Source: Carcharhinus longimanus
Lineage: Eukaryota
DNA length: 64,000 nucleotides
Direction: 5' to 3'
Assembly (NCBI GenBank): GCA_030264375.1
Contig: JASCQW010000156.1
Location: 23,028,706-23,092,705 of the forward strand
Shown here one piece after another: positions 12,957-24,369 of the stretch. The first letter of the stretch is position 1. Each line of letters begins with the position of its first letter. The notes below the pieces were generated by a model. That model made no database searches. It was not told the origin of the DNA and saw nothing but the letters and a program-made list of their open reading frames with translations. The position numbers and the translations under genes are program-made.

Positions 12957-13308
12957 TAGTGGCACAGTGGTTAGCAATGCTGCCTCACAGCATCGGGGAC
13001 CCAGGTTCAATTCTGGCATTGGGTGACAGTGTGGAGTTTACACATTCTCCACGTGACTGCATGGGTTTCTTCCAGGTGCTCCAGTTTCCTCCCACAGTCC
13101 AAAGGTGTGCTTGTTATCTGGATTGGCCATGATAACATTGCCCCTTACTGTCCCAAGATGTGTAAGCTAGTTGGATTAGCAGTGGTAAATGTGTGGGGTT
13201 ATGGGAATAGGGCAGGGGGGAGGACCTAGGTAAAATGCTCCTGTCAGAGCGTTGGTGCAGGCTTCATGGGCTGAATTACTGCCTCCTGCACTGTAATGGA
13301 TTCTATGT
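12957..13308 (+). mobile_element. HE1-like V-SINE, near full length
   Basis: tRNA-like head, V-domain (gtttcctcccacagtccaaagg...ggattggccatg) and CR1-derived tail (cctcctgcactgtaatggattctatg). Confidence 0.9.
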
Positions 13309-13639
13309 TTCCTACTAAAAGTATGTATAGCTGTCCTTAGTTTATTGGTATATGGCATTGCCCTTGACTCTAAGCATGCAGATGCAGTGCAGCCAACCCC
13401 AATTTTAAAATTAACTTGCCAGATACTGCAGAGCCAATGCCAGCAAATTTACTTTGGGCAGTTACGGGTTATGTAAGACCCTATATTTAGAGAATCAGCG
13501 GCACTGGCATACAGAGTGAAAATAATCTGTTATCAGATGAAAGTAGGATCAAGCTCTGCTGTGCTGTGAATTAAGCATCAGAGAAATCAGGATCCAAACA
13601 GTAAAAGACTTGCACCTTTCACAACCACAGGACATGCCA

Positions 13640-13965
13640 CACTTTTCTTCAAAAGTAGTCTGTTGACTGTATAACCACTGTTGTAATATAAGAAACATGG
13701 CAGTCAGGTTGTGCTCAGCAAGGACCAGATAATCTAATGGTATTGGTTGAGGGATACATGTTGAACAGGACACCAGGGGAACTTACCTGCTGTTATATCA
13801 CCTGAGAAGACAGGTGGGCCTTTGGTTTAGGTCTCATCTAAAAGATGGCAGCTTTGGCAATGCTTCTTCAGTACTGCACTGGAGCATCAGCCTCAATTTT
13901 GTATTCGTCTAACCCTAATCCTTCTCCCCCAAGTGAGTGTGCTATCACTGACCCATAGCTGACAT
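13640..13965 (-). mobile_element. DeuSINE (SacSINE1/AmnSINE1-like)
   Basis: Minus strand contains ccagtgcagtactgaagaagc...ccatcttttagatgagacctaaaccaaaggccc, a Deu-domain-like core, after a tRNA-like head. Confidence 0.7.
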
Positions 13966-14807
13966 TTGCAAGAAATATGAGTATTGAAAGCTGGCAGGAA
14001 AAGGAAGAGAATTCGAAATGTCTGTAGATATAGAGATATGATGGACAATTACATTTATGACTTAGTAATGTAGATTGAGGTTTTCTGGTTTTTGATCACT
14101 TTGTTTAGAATCATTTATTTTTAGCATAAATTCAGTAAGTGAATTGACAAATTAGTTTAACAAAACTAGAACAGGAAAAGTAAGTAAAGTGATGAATAGA
14201 ATCTGTAATGCACTTCAGCGAATGTTGGTTATCATATCTGACCATTGCTTGTGTACTCAGATCTATTTTCTGCCTCAGGCCTACTTTTGGCTGCTGAAGA
14301 ATCCATACTAGATTAATTTAATTTAACAAGGGTTAATCAAAAGTCTATAGTGGCTTGATCGGAAATGGTGGATGTTTTTAAATGCAACTCTATTACACTT
14401 CAGTACAATGGCCTAGATTCTGGTTATCAGACATACAGTTTTGTTGTGTATTCAAGAACTTGATGTTAAGACCAGCTTCAACTGCCCCATCTCCTCCAGT
14501 ACACTCAAAACTACAAAAATGATGTTTGCTTTATTGGGACTTGTCGTGAGTGAAATGCACTATGTATTTTCATTTGAAAGCTTGACAGTATAGAATGCAC
14601 TATAAAACTGCAAACACATTTCTTTCAAGTGCAGAAAAACAAAATGATAAAAATGAAGTTGCAGATTACTTTACAAGCCCTCAATTGTATCATGTGCTGG
14701 CAAGTTTATGCAGTGCATATTTATATATGGTTGTATCCTTGAACAGTTAAATGCAACTTATTTAAATTTAAGCTGGTTATGCTAATTTTCTTTTCTTTTG
14801 CTTTCAG

Positions 14808-15128
14808 ATATGGCCGTGTGGAAAGTGTCAAAATTCTTCCCAAAAGGGGCTCAGAAGGTGGAGTGGCAGCCTTTGTGGATTTTGTGGACATCAAAAGTGC
14901 GCAGAAAGCGCACAATTCTGTCAACAAAATGGGAGACAGGGATCTGCGAACGGATTACAATGAGCCTGGCACTATTCCCAGTGCTGCTCGGGGATTAGAT
15001 GATACCGTTCCTATAGGAACTCGTACTAGAGAGGTTTCAGGGTTCAGGGGAGGTGGTGGGGGGCCAACATATGGACCACCACCATCACTACATGGACGGG
15101 AAGGACGTTATGAACGGAGACTTGATGG
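14808..15128 (+). CDS. SPEN: SPEN exon 2 (321 nt; RRM1 C-terminal part, YGRVESVKILPKRGSEGGVAAFVDFVDIKSAQKAHNSVNKMGDRDLRTDYNEPG...RRLDG)
   Basis: Acceptor ttttgctttcag at 14806-14807 and donor GG|gtaagt at 15129. The peptide is recognisable as SPEN RRM1. Phase 2-2. Confidence 0.97.
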
Positions 15129-16432
15129 GTAAGTTCCAAGGTTTCTCTAGGCAGGGTTTTGATAAATAGTGTGGTGAAAAGCAGCAACTCATGTATAGGT
15201 TCCCCAGATGGATTTATTGAGGAAATCTGTTCATTCGTGCCGTTGTTGGATATGGAAGAAAATTGAAACCAGTAGCAGCTCTGGCCGATTCGCAGTGGAT
15301 CTATCCTGCAGCTGGCTGGATGACTACTCCTGGGATAAATTTTGGTTAGTTTGATGGAAGGTTTCTGTCAGTTAATATGGAGTTAACCCTCGTAATAAGC
15401 TTCCCTTTTCTCCCTGGATTGCAAGCAGTTCCCTCTGGATGTATCCCTTCGATCGAGTGGCTATAATATTACTGTCTGATGCAACTAACCTGAGGAATAC
15501 CTACATTTTGAGGCAATACTGAAGTGCATTGAAGACTTTCTGCAGTATTATATTTGGCTTTGGTTTAAACATAAAGTATCGATGCACATTCTTTGGATAT
15601 GAAATATTTCTATGAAGATAGAGTACTCTTGTGATTTACCATTTCCTGGAAGGATCTTACAGCCAATGATTTTCAACAGGAATACATGCAAGGAAAGCTG
15701 AAGAATGAGGACGTAACACATACAGTTATCATGGGTCTACAAATCTGTACTGTTTATTTTGTTTCTCCCTGATTGGATCTTTTGGATATTTATGGGCTAA
15801 AGATAAAATATTAGAAACTTTTAAAACAGTTGGAATGCCATTTTCCCCGTATAATGGAATAGAGGTCATTATCTCTTCAACATGGGATTATATGCACCTT
15901 TAAGTAGTTGTATGGCAGAATGGATTACCTGGTTTGTGTTTGACACACTTCTTGCTTCTACCTTATTGTACCAATGGACTATCAAACAAGGGAAAACTTA
16001 GTGGATGCGTCACGTTTTAATTTTCAGACCAAATGTGAAAAGATTTCATGAGAACTGAATGGCTACTGACTGCTAGAAAATGGATAATAAATGCCTTCTA
16101 CTAGAAGAAAGAAAGCGCTGTGCCCTGGGAGTGACGGGTATAGTTGCTTAATATCGTCTCAAGAATTGGGATACATCTCTCTACTGACACACATCAAATT
16201 GAACTTCGCCATCTCAGAAAGGTCTTGGGGTTTGGGAGTCACTTTTAACTTTGGGAGCTATCTGTTTACAGGCGAATGCACTTAACACTGGCAATGGAAG
16301 TTTATCTTTCTTGGGCGTTCAGTTTTCTTGATACAATCCCCAAATCATTGCGGCACTAGCACTATCCGAAGTTGGATTACCCCTTTAAGAGGGGACCAAA
16401 TTGGGAATGTTTGTACACTTTTCTCTCCCTAG

Positions 16433-16474
16433 ATTTAATTGGGATTTAGGTCGTGTTTACTGCAGTCTAAAAAG
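16433..16474 (+). CDS. SPEN: Candidate 42-nt in-frame cassette exon (or 3' part of an alternative first exon with ATG at 16407) in SPEN intron 2
   Basis: Acceptor acttttctctccctag and donor AAG|gttggt. Phase 2-2 and stop-free between exons 2 and 3 (G-FNWDLGRVYCSLKR-ASD). No transcript evidence. Confidence 0.5.
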
Positions 16475-18009
16475 GTTGGTATGTCCTGCCATGTATATCT
16501 TAGCCCCTCTCCTAACCCAGTCAACCCTTCCTTTCCACTAACTCCAGTAGTCATTAGCACTGCTAGAAACTCAAACAGCACCTTAGCCAGTAGAATCTCA
16601 CTGACTTACAGCTCTATTAGCTCCTCTGCCTGTCTCTGTGTCTTTCTTGAATTAGAAGTTTGTATATTTTGTATGTCAGCTGATGCAGTAACGCTTTGGA
16701 ATCAGCTTGCTTCTTCTGATTGCTGAAAGGTCAGTGTAAAATGATTCCACAGTATGTTGTAAGCTCAGTTCTGTAACTGTAGCTTATAAAATTAAATCAA
16801 GTTGACTTGCATAGTTTAGTGCTTTGCTGCTCAGTGTTTCCTGAATCTGTAGAATGTTTAAAAAATTAACATTTTAATAACTTATGTGGGAGACATGTAG
16901 AATGAATAGGGACAAAAATGGCCAGAATGAAAATGAAGTAATTTAATAAGAACACAGTGCAGAATTCAGAAATTAAAGTAACCACATTTCTTTAATACAT
17001 TGTTACTGAAGCAAAATATTTAGCAAATTAATGAATCAGGAAATCTTTTAATGACCTTTTCTATATCTTTAATGCCTGAAAATTGGGAAGTATAACTAGC
17101 TAAAAAAATTAAAAAGTATCACTCCATTTGAAAGTGAGGAAGTAAATGTTTAATTGTAAAGGATGGACATTGGAAGAAAGCAGTTGATTTTTTGAAAAGT
17201 ACCTTCTTGAACAAATGTGAAAAGTGAATCAAGCTAGCTTTTTGTTGTCTTTTGGACTTAAGCCCATGGCAAGAAACCAACAGTGTTGCATATTTTTGCT
17301 ACAGCTTTGTGTTCTGCATTGGGGACTTGGGAAATTTGGGCATGGGGGTTCACCTTTCAGCAATTGCTGTCTAGTAGTTAAAGTGATGACTGAGGTTCAG
17401 CCAGTTTGAATATTCAAAAATGGAACCACCATCATCTGTAGATAATCAGCACTGCTGCTGCTTAATTCCTGCTTTCTTCCAAACGTGAGTTTTCTGGTTA
17501 AACACTGGCTACAAAATGTCTATCTTTGTCATTTGAGATTTGATGGTCAGCGCCCCTATGGATTGATTTGGTGCATGGCACAATATTTGAAAATGTAAGG
17601 ACTTCCTGTATAGTTTTAAAATGATCAACAGAGTAATTTAAAGTAATTGATTGAGCAGAGGGAACAGACAGTGGGAGAATTCTTAATGTGAAAATATCAA
17701 AACCTCTTTATGTATAATATATGTATTACTTGTGTATCAGTGCCTGGGAATTGGAAAACACAAACTCTACAGATGATTAATTTAAAAAATTAAAGTTAAA
17801 GGGAAACCTGATTCAACTATTTTAGGTCGATACTGAATACATTGCTATTGCTAATTTCTCTATTGTTTCTATATGCTCTCTAGTTAAAATTCAAATGCTT
17901 ATTTTCCCAGAGCTTACTAGGGGCAAGTTGGGGAATTTTTTGCTATCTTGCTGATGCTTGACAGATTCTTATTTTTTCCTCCTCCTCCCCATCCCCAAAC
18001 AAAACACAG

Positions 18010-18483
18010 GGCTTCTGATAACAGGGAGCGTACTTATGATCACAGTGCCTATGGACACCACGATCGTACAGCAACAGGGTTTGATCGCCCCAGACATTAT
18101 GAACAGGATTACTATAGAGATCCCCGAGATCGAACTATACAACATGGAGTTTATTATGGGTCAAGAAGTCGAAGTCCAACTCGATTTGAAGCTCATGATC
18201 CACGTTATGAACAAAGAGGGAGGGAACAGTTTGCAATATCAAGTGTAGTGCACCGAGACCTCTACAGGGAAGATATTACTCGGGAAGTAAGAGGGAGACG
18301 ACAGGAAAAAAATTATCAGCACAGCAGGAGTCGATCCCCACATTCCTCACGGTCAGGAAACCAGTCACCGCAGCGATCTAGTCAAGCATCAAGGTCACGC
18401 CGTTCTCCCAGTGGCAGTGGGTCTCGGAGTAGGTCATCAAGCAGTGATTCAGTCAGCAGCAGCAGTAGTACCAGCAGTGACAG
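18010..18483 (+). CDS. SPEN: SPEN exon 3 (474 nt; Arg/Asp/Tyr-rich then RS/Ser-rich region, ASDNRERTYDHSAYGHH...SSSSDSVSSSSSTSSD)
   Basis: Acceptor cacag at 18008-18009 and donor AG|gtaggt at 18484. In frame with exon 2 (GG|G GCT). Phase 2-2. Confidence 0.95.
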
Positions 18484-20671
18484 GTAGGTGGAGAGGAGCA
18501 TAACCAAGTAGTTCCCACCATATGACATCAGAGCAAAGGGAATCATGTGGATATTGTTTTTACCAGTCATCGGAAAAGGTGAACTGTACAAGTCAGTAAA
18601 TCAACACTGATTGTTATTGCCTGTTCTTTATGCTGTCAAATTTTTGTTTTAGTCTTTTTTTCCTGAGATTCTGAAAATTGTGTAATTAAATAATGGGGAA
18701 AAAAAGCATCAAAGCCTGCTTTAACAAAACTTGTGATGTTCCTGTGTGATACAAAAGTAATGAATGTATTGCTCTCAATGGGATTTCAGTAAAGTGCAAT
18801 AATAAGGAACATTTTCATGCACTGACAACTGAACTGTGGAAAACACCTAGCAGTACAGTTGCTCTTCTGAAAGTGGATTGCATCTGGAGGATCATTTTAT
18901 ATACAAGACTAGGGTGAATTACTGGCGAAGAGCAATTTGAGGTGGTAAGATTATTACATAAGCTTTTCCTCTTCCGTGACATTTTGATACCAATGAGCTT
19001 GGCAACACTTGAATGTGGGCCCTTACGACAGATGAATGATGTTCAGTTCGGGATGAGCACTCGACTAAGGTGGTGATCAGTTTAGAAAAATAACTTGGGC
19101 ATTATTTAATTTACAAATGTTAGTGTTCCCATTTGCTTCAGGAATGAAGGTAATGTGTGGCATTCCATGTCTTGTGCGTGTAGTCTTGTGAAATTACTTA
19201 CTTAAACTATGCAAGATATACAGATAGTGGCAGGACAGCAACATTGCATTCTCATACATTACCATTGAGGTGTAAAGCCACTTTCAACAAACTATCATCA
19301 GTGCATACATGGCAGCAACTTGTTGATTCACAATAAGAAGTAAACTATACAGAAACAGCCTGTTTGTGGGAGGTCCTAAGAGCACAAAGTAAACAATACT
19401 TTCAAAGTTTATAATAAAATTTTCAATGAAAAGATACTGTTTTTAAAATAGTTCTGTATTCTATTCCAATTAAATTTTCATATTTGTAATATTGTTTGCA
19501 AAGTGTACATATTTTGTCAGTGACCGTTTGCATGTATTTTTACCACTTGACACTGCCTTCCAAGTGATTTTTTAAGGAAATGTAGCTATATGATATATGA
19601 TCTGAATAAGTAGCCTGTGTTTCAGTGTTTTATGTAGGTCAGTAGCTGGGTTGATGCGTTTTGTGCAAATACGCTTTCTCTGCTCTGAATTCACAGGAAT
19701 TTTATGGTAGTCGTCAATTTGTCATTCCTTTTGTAAACCTAANNNNNNNNNNATTTGAATAATCAGTGATATGTTCATTATTGGAAAAAAAATTCTAACT
19801 GAAGATTGAGTTGTTAAATAGAAAAATCTTACTTTATTATGCAAGGATTGAACTTTATAGTGCATGTTTTTGACTGATCTTCAAATTTCCAAAAGTAAGT
19901 TATAATGTATAACCTATAGATTTTGTTGGTGATGCCATTGTGTGCATGATAACTATCATCAGTCCTGGAATTGGATTTGAATATGCTGAGTTACTGTTAT
20001 TGGCTAACTCTTTAATCAACTTCATATCTAAGTAAGTTCACTAGAGGTTCAGGATTCANNNNNNNNNNNNNNNNNNNNNNNNNNNNNNAGTGTAAATTAC
20101 AATGCCAGGGCTGTTTATTTGGAAAGATCTGACAAAGGCTGTTACCTTTCATAAACAGAATTGGAATATGCGATAATATTTCCTGAGTAAATCCTTATCA
20201 TTGTTAAGGCATTGCACAATATTCTTAAAATATACAACATCATCTAAATTTGTATCCTAATTAGGTGTATTGCTGTTAATGATGTGTGAGTTTACTAAAA
20301 GATACTCTGGGTGTAATACATTTTTGGATAACACTGTTTACCATACTACTGTTGATTGATTCAGAGGTGGATGAGTGCAGTTAATTCCTCCTGCCCTTCT
20401 TGATCCTCAAATTGCAAAGCAAGAGTTTCACAGCAGGAAAAAACAGGTGTGAATCTCTAGCATATATAATTTATGTGAATGAAGCCACAGTTCTTTCTAT
20501 GAGCTGGTAACATTTATACTGAATAGAGGCATAAGTGGGGCAGTGTTGATTTTCTGGTTTTGCAGGGTAAAAGGGATTAAATTGTTATGCACTTGTACTC
20601 ATTTTTAATATGTCTATTGGTGTACTGCCGTTTGTCTTTAGCAACCCATAACTCTGGATTTTTAAATTCTT

Positions 20672-21006
20672 CTCATAGGATGTGGGTCTCGCTGGGTGGG
20701 CCAGCATTTATTGCTCATCCCTAATGGCCCTTGAGGAGGTGGTTAAGAGTCAACCACATAGCTGTGGATTTGGAGTATCATATAGGTCAGATCAGGCAAG
20801 GATGGCCGATTTCAACTCCTAAAGAACATTAGTAAACCAGATGAGTTTTTGATGACAATTGACAATGGACATTTTAATTCCATATTTTTATTGAATTTAG
20901 GTTTCACCATCTGCCATGGTGGGATTCAAGCCTAGATTTCCAAAACATTACCCTCAGATTTTGGATTACTAGTCCAATGATTATACCACTAGACCACCAC
21001 CTCCCT
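20672..21006 (-). mobile_element. tRNA-derived SINE with a LINE-derived tail
   Basis: Minus head gggaggtggtggtctagtggtataatcattggactagtaatcc...ttgaatcccaccatggcag. Tail ctcaagggccattagggatgagcaataaatgctggccc. Confidence 0.75.
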
Positions 21007-22404
21007 TGAGGAGGCAGATGCAGTTTTTATTAGCACAGTGGAATTTTATTGAACAATAAGTATTATTTAAATGGCTACTGTTAATGAAGAAAAAATATAT
21101 ATTTATTCCTTATGCACAGATGCAGAAGGAATAAATCAGTGTTGAGCCAAAGAAGGAGGTAGAAGTAAAGTTTGGTCAAACAGAAGGATTTCAAGAGAGG
21201 TCTTAAAGATACATGGGCAGCTGGGTTTAGGTGGGGAATACCTAAGTGTCTAAAAGCACACCAATGTGGAATCATTTGTCAACCAGGTATTCGGTTAAAA
21301 ACCAGACATCTTGCCTCATTTCCTCTGTCAAAATTGTGGTGTGTTATTACTTTCAAAGCCCAGCCTTCCTCCCCTGCCCATGCGTAATATTCATAACAAG
21401 TTGCTGTTTTGACACTTGTTTTTGTCAACAACTCTAGATATTTTATTGTTTTTGTAAAATGAAATATTCTTAATTGTTACAAGGACCTGACTCGATTTTA
21501 AGTGGCTTTTGATTGGATCACAAATAGATTGCTACATTCAAGGAGAATGTTCTTGTACTGTGAAGTACAGAGGCCAAAAGTCCTTGTAAATACATAACCA
21601 AACTATAGAAAGCAGAACAAATAAATGTTCCCTTTCAAACAAAGTGAACTACTTTAATGAGGTAACCATTTATGGCCTTTATTACACTGCAGTCTGTATT
21701 TGGCCTCCTGTCAGTTTTCAGTTTTCAGTTTCAGAAACCAGTTAACAGTGGGAGTTTCCTTTATCCTGACCTTTTCCTAAATAGAGGTTAAAAACAATTC
21801 TGAGCTAAAGCCCTGTGCAAAATTACAACTGTAATTCCCATAGTTTTAATTGTCATGTCAGTGCCAAAGAACAAGCCCCATTTAGCATTATTAATATTAT
21901 AAGAAATTTATGTTATTAGTGTACATTTAATTTGAATCAGTACTATTGATGGATGTAGCCCCTGTTCAACATCAGTGGAAAGCAGGATCTGATGTTCAGA
22001 AGTTTCTGTCTTTTGTATTTGAAAGATTGGCAAAGCTGATTACTGAGCACCCACACTGAGGAATTGGCAGGAAATGTGAGTGAGGCCCAAAGCTGCCTGT
22101 GTGCTTTGTTTCTTCTTGGTTATTGCTAGGGTGTGAGTCATAGTACCTGCTTTTAAGTTGGCCAATATAAAAAACAGTTATATGGTGTTGTTAATTAAGT
22201 CATATATACCTGCCCAAGAGATCAATAAATCATTCAAGGATACAAATAGTCCTAAATTATTTAATGACTTGGATTTAATACCCAAATCTAATGATTGAAC
22301 AGCTATTTTTGTATTTCAGTGTTTTGCTGATGGTGGATCCCATTGTTAAAGTAATTATACTTTAATATTTTAGGGCAGAACAATGAATTTTGGTATTCTT
22401 CCAA

Positions 22405-22715
22405 TAATGTAGCTGGTTAAAATGGCAAATTGACAAGCCATCCAGATCAGGAAGTCCCAGGTTTGATTTCTGGTCTGTGAGGAATTAGCTAATCCTTGCC
22501 AGAATAGTTTACATATTCCTTATGACTTCTGCTGTAAGTGTGGGTGTGGATTGTCGCTGAACATTAGCTGTTGTGCTCAATAAAATAAATAAATAAGTAG
22601 ATAAATAAGATAATATATTCTTAACACTTGTTGTTAAAACTGGCATGTAAAGACTGGCCTACTTGGGTAAGGCACTGGAGACCAACTGGTATATGCAGAG
22701 TTGCACCCAAAGAAG
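22405..22715 (+). mobile_element. Ancient SINE-like repeat (probable related copies near 4480-4730 and 51200-51590)
   Basis: Box B-like gtcccaggtttgatttctggtctgtg...ttagcta. Loosely similar segments occur at the other two sites. Confidence 0.4.
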
Positions 22716-23475
22716 ATTAGAAATTAGAAACTAATTAAATTTAGAAAAATACACTGTAAATCTGTTATCTAATATAATTACCAAAAAATCATCTTTTGAG
22801 GCTGTAAAAATATAAATATTAGTAACTTTGGAGATTCAGGATCAAGCAACCTTCAAGTTTTTCTGGATTGTGTTTTTACACGTTGTGAAAGTCTTTCAAA
22901 AAATAGTGATCTGCAAGTAAGTAAGCTGTCTAAATACTTCATGCACTTTAACCATTCAATTCTGATTTGAAATAAGGGAAATTGTTGGTTGATGTTGAAT
23001 ATATGAAGCAAGATAGATTGGGCATAATTGAACTACAAAATGAGCAGGTTACCTTATTTCAGTCTAAGATATGACACTCTACAACTCATTACTTAGCCCA
23101 ACAATCCAAATGTTAAATTTATAGAAATTCCAGAATTGTGCAGAGTTTATGGTTTAGGTGCAAAATAATAGGAAGTAAGAATTGCGTGCATACAGTTAAC
23201 TGCCAAACTTTTAAATAAAACTGAGAAATAATAAACTTATTTTTTATATTCTACGTTTTCAGTTTCAAACTGAAATTCTTCTGCAACTGAAAAGTGGCTT
23301 AGGAAGCAAAAATTGAAGCTGATTATTAAACTTCAAAGAAGCATTTGATATGTGCTGCAGCAACATATCAGAATCCTTCATAAGATTTTAAATTATTGAA
23401 TCTGAAATTGGGACAGTGGAAAATATAACACTCTGATTCCTATAGTATAACTGTGAGAGGATGGTAGAACTTATA

Positions 23476-23571
23476 GATAGAATTTTATACCCCATGTCAC
23501 CAGTTGACTGGCACCCCAAGCAACCCTTTCAACAGGTGGACGGGACCACTGCTTTCCCATAAAATCCAGTC
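23476..23571. mobile_element. Short MITE-like element
   Basis: Imperfect terminal inverted repeats gatagaattttat / ataaaatccagtc, of the same type as the other MITEs here. Confidence 0.45.
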
Positions 23572-24369
23572 TTTTGAACATGCAAAGTTGACAGGGTGGG
23601 GAAAAGAAACAGTTAATCCATTAAAGCTGTCCAAGATTCAGTAATGACATCATGACTAAACACTCCATCTCAATCTCTTTCATTATTGGTCTCGGCAAAT
23701 GATGCATGTAATCAGTTTTGGCCCTACCAACACGCCACTATGTTTATCTTGATTAACTGTAGTTTGCCACTGTCAGGTCTGCTCTGCTGGTGCAGTTAAA
23801 TCTTTATTTGATTGCATGCCTCTACTGTCCTGACTACTGCATAATCTTGGTGACATCTGCAAATTTATTGACAGTACTTCCAACACCACTCAGGTGTAGT
23901 TCAGGTTTGAATGCATTTGTTTTCTGTTTTTGCTTGTCTAATTTACGTTTTTTTGCCTATTTCTTATTTTCTGAGTCATCGGTGAACGATAATTGAGTTA
24001 AACAGTGGCACTTTGGATTTCTAGCTCCATTTTCTTTGGATTAAAAATAGCCTTTGGAGATTTATAGGTGCTTGATAGAAATTGCTTGCATTTGTTGTGT
24101 GAAAGATTTAGACTTGTGAATTTGTGGTAAGAGGAAATTGGGTCTCCTCAAGTCCCTGACGATTCACTAAAGTTTGGATACCTTCTGTGCGCATAGTCCA
24201 GTCCTTTCCCATAGATGCTGTCTTTTAATTGAAGTAGCTTCATGTTTCGATTACATTATACTAGTTCTTCCCATTGCAGTGCCTTGGGATTGTACTTTTC
24301 TTTATAGCCTGAAAACCACTGATAGTGATTGGCAACAAACTAGTGACAATGTAAAACTGATAAACCCTC

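Noticed and set aside
1-14807. Search for SPEN exon 1 (MVRETRHLWVGNLPEN...) including inside the 870-N gap
   Set aside because: No matching sequence was seen. The gap is flanked by CR1-like sequence, so exon 1 most likely lies upstream of the window.
15129-19500. Intronic snoRNA or miRNA as the explanation for the repeat-free introns
   Set aside because: I could not find paired C/D boxes with terminal stems, an H/ACA layout or a pre-miRNA-length hairpin by eye. An Rfam scan would be needed to exclude this fully.
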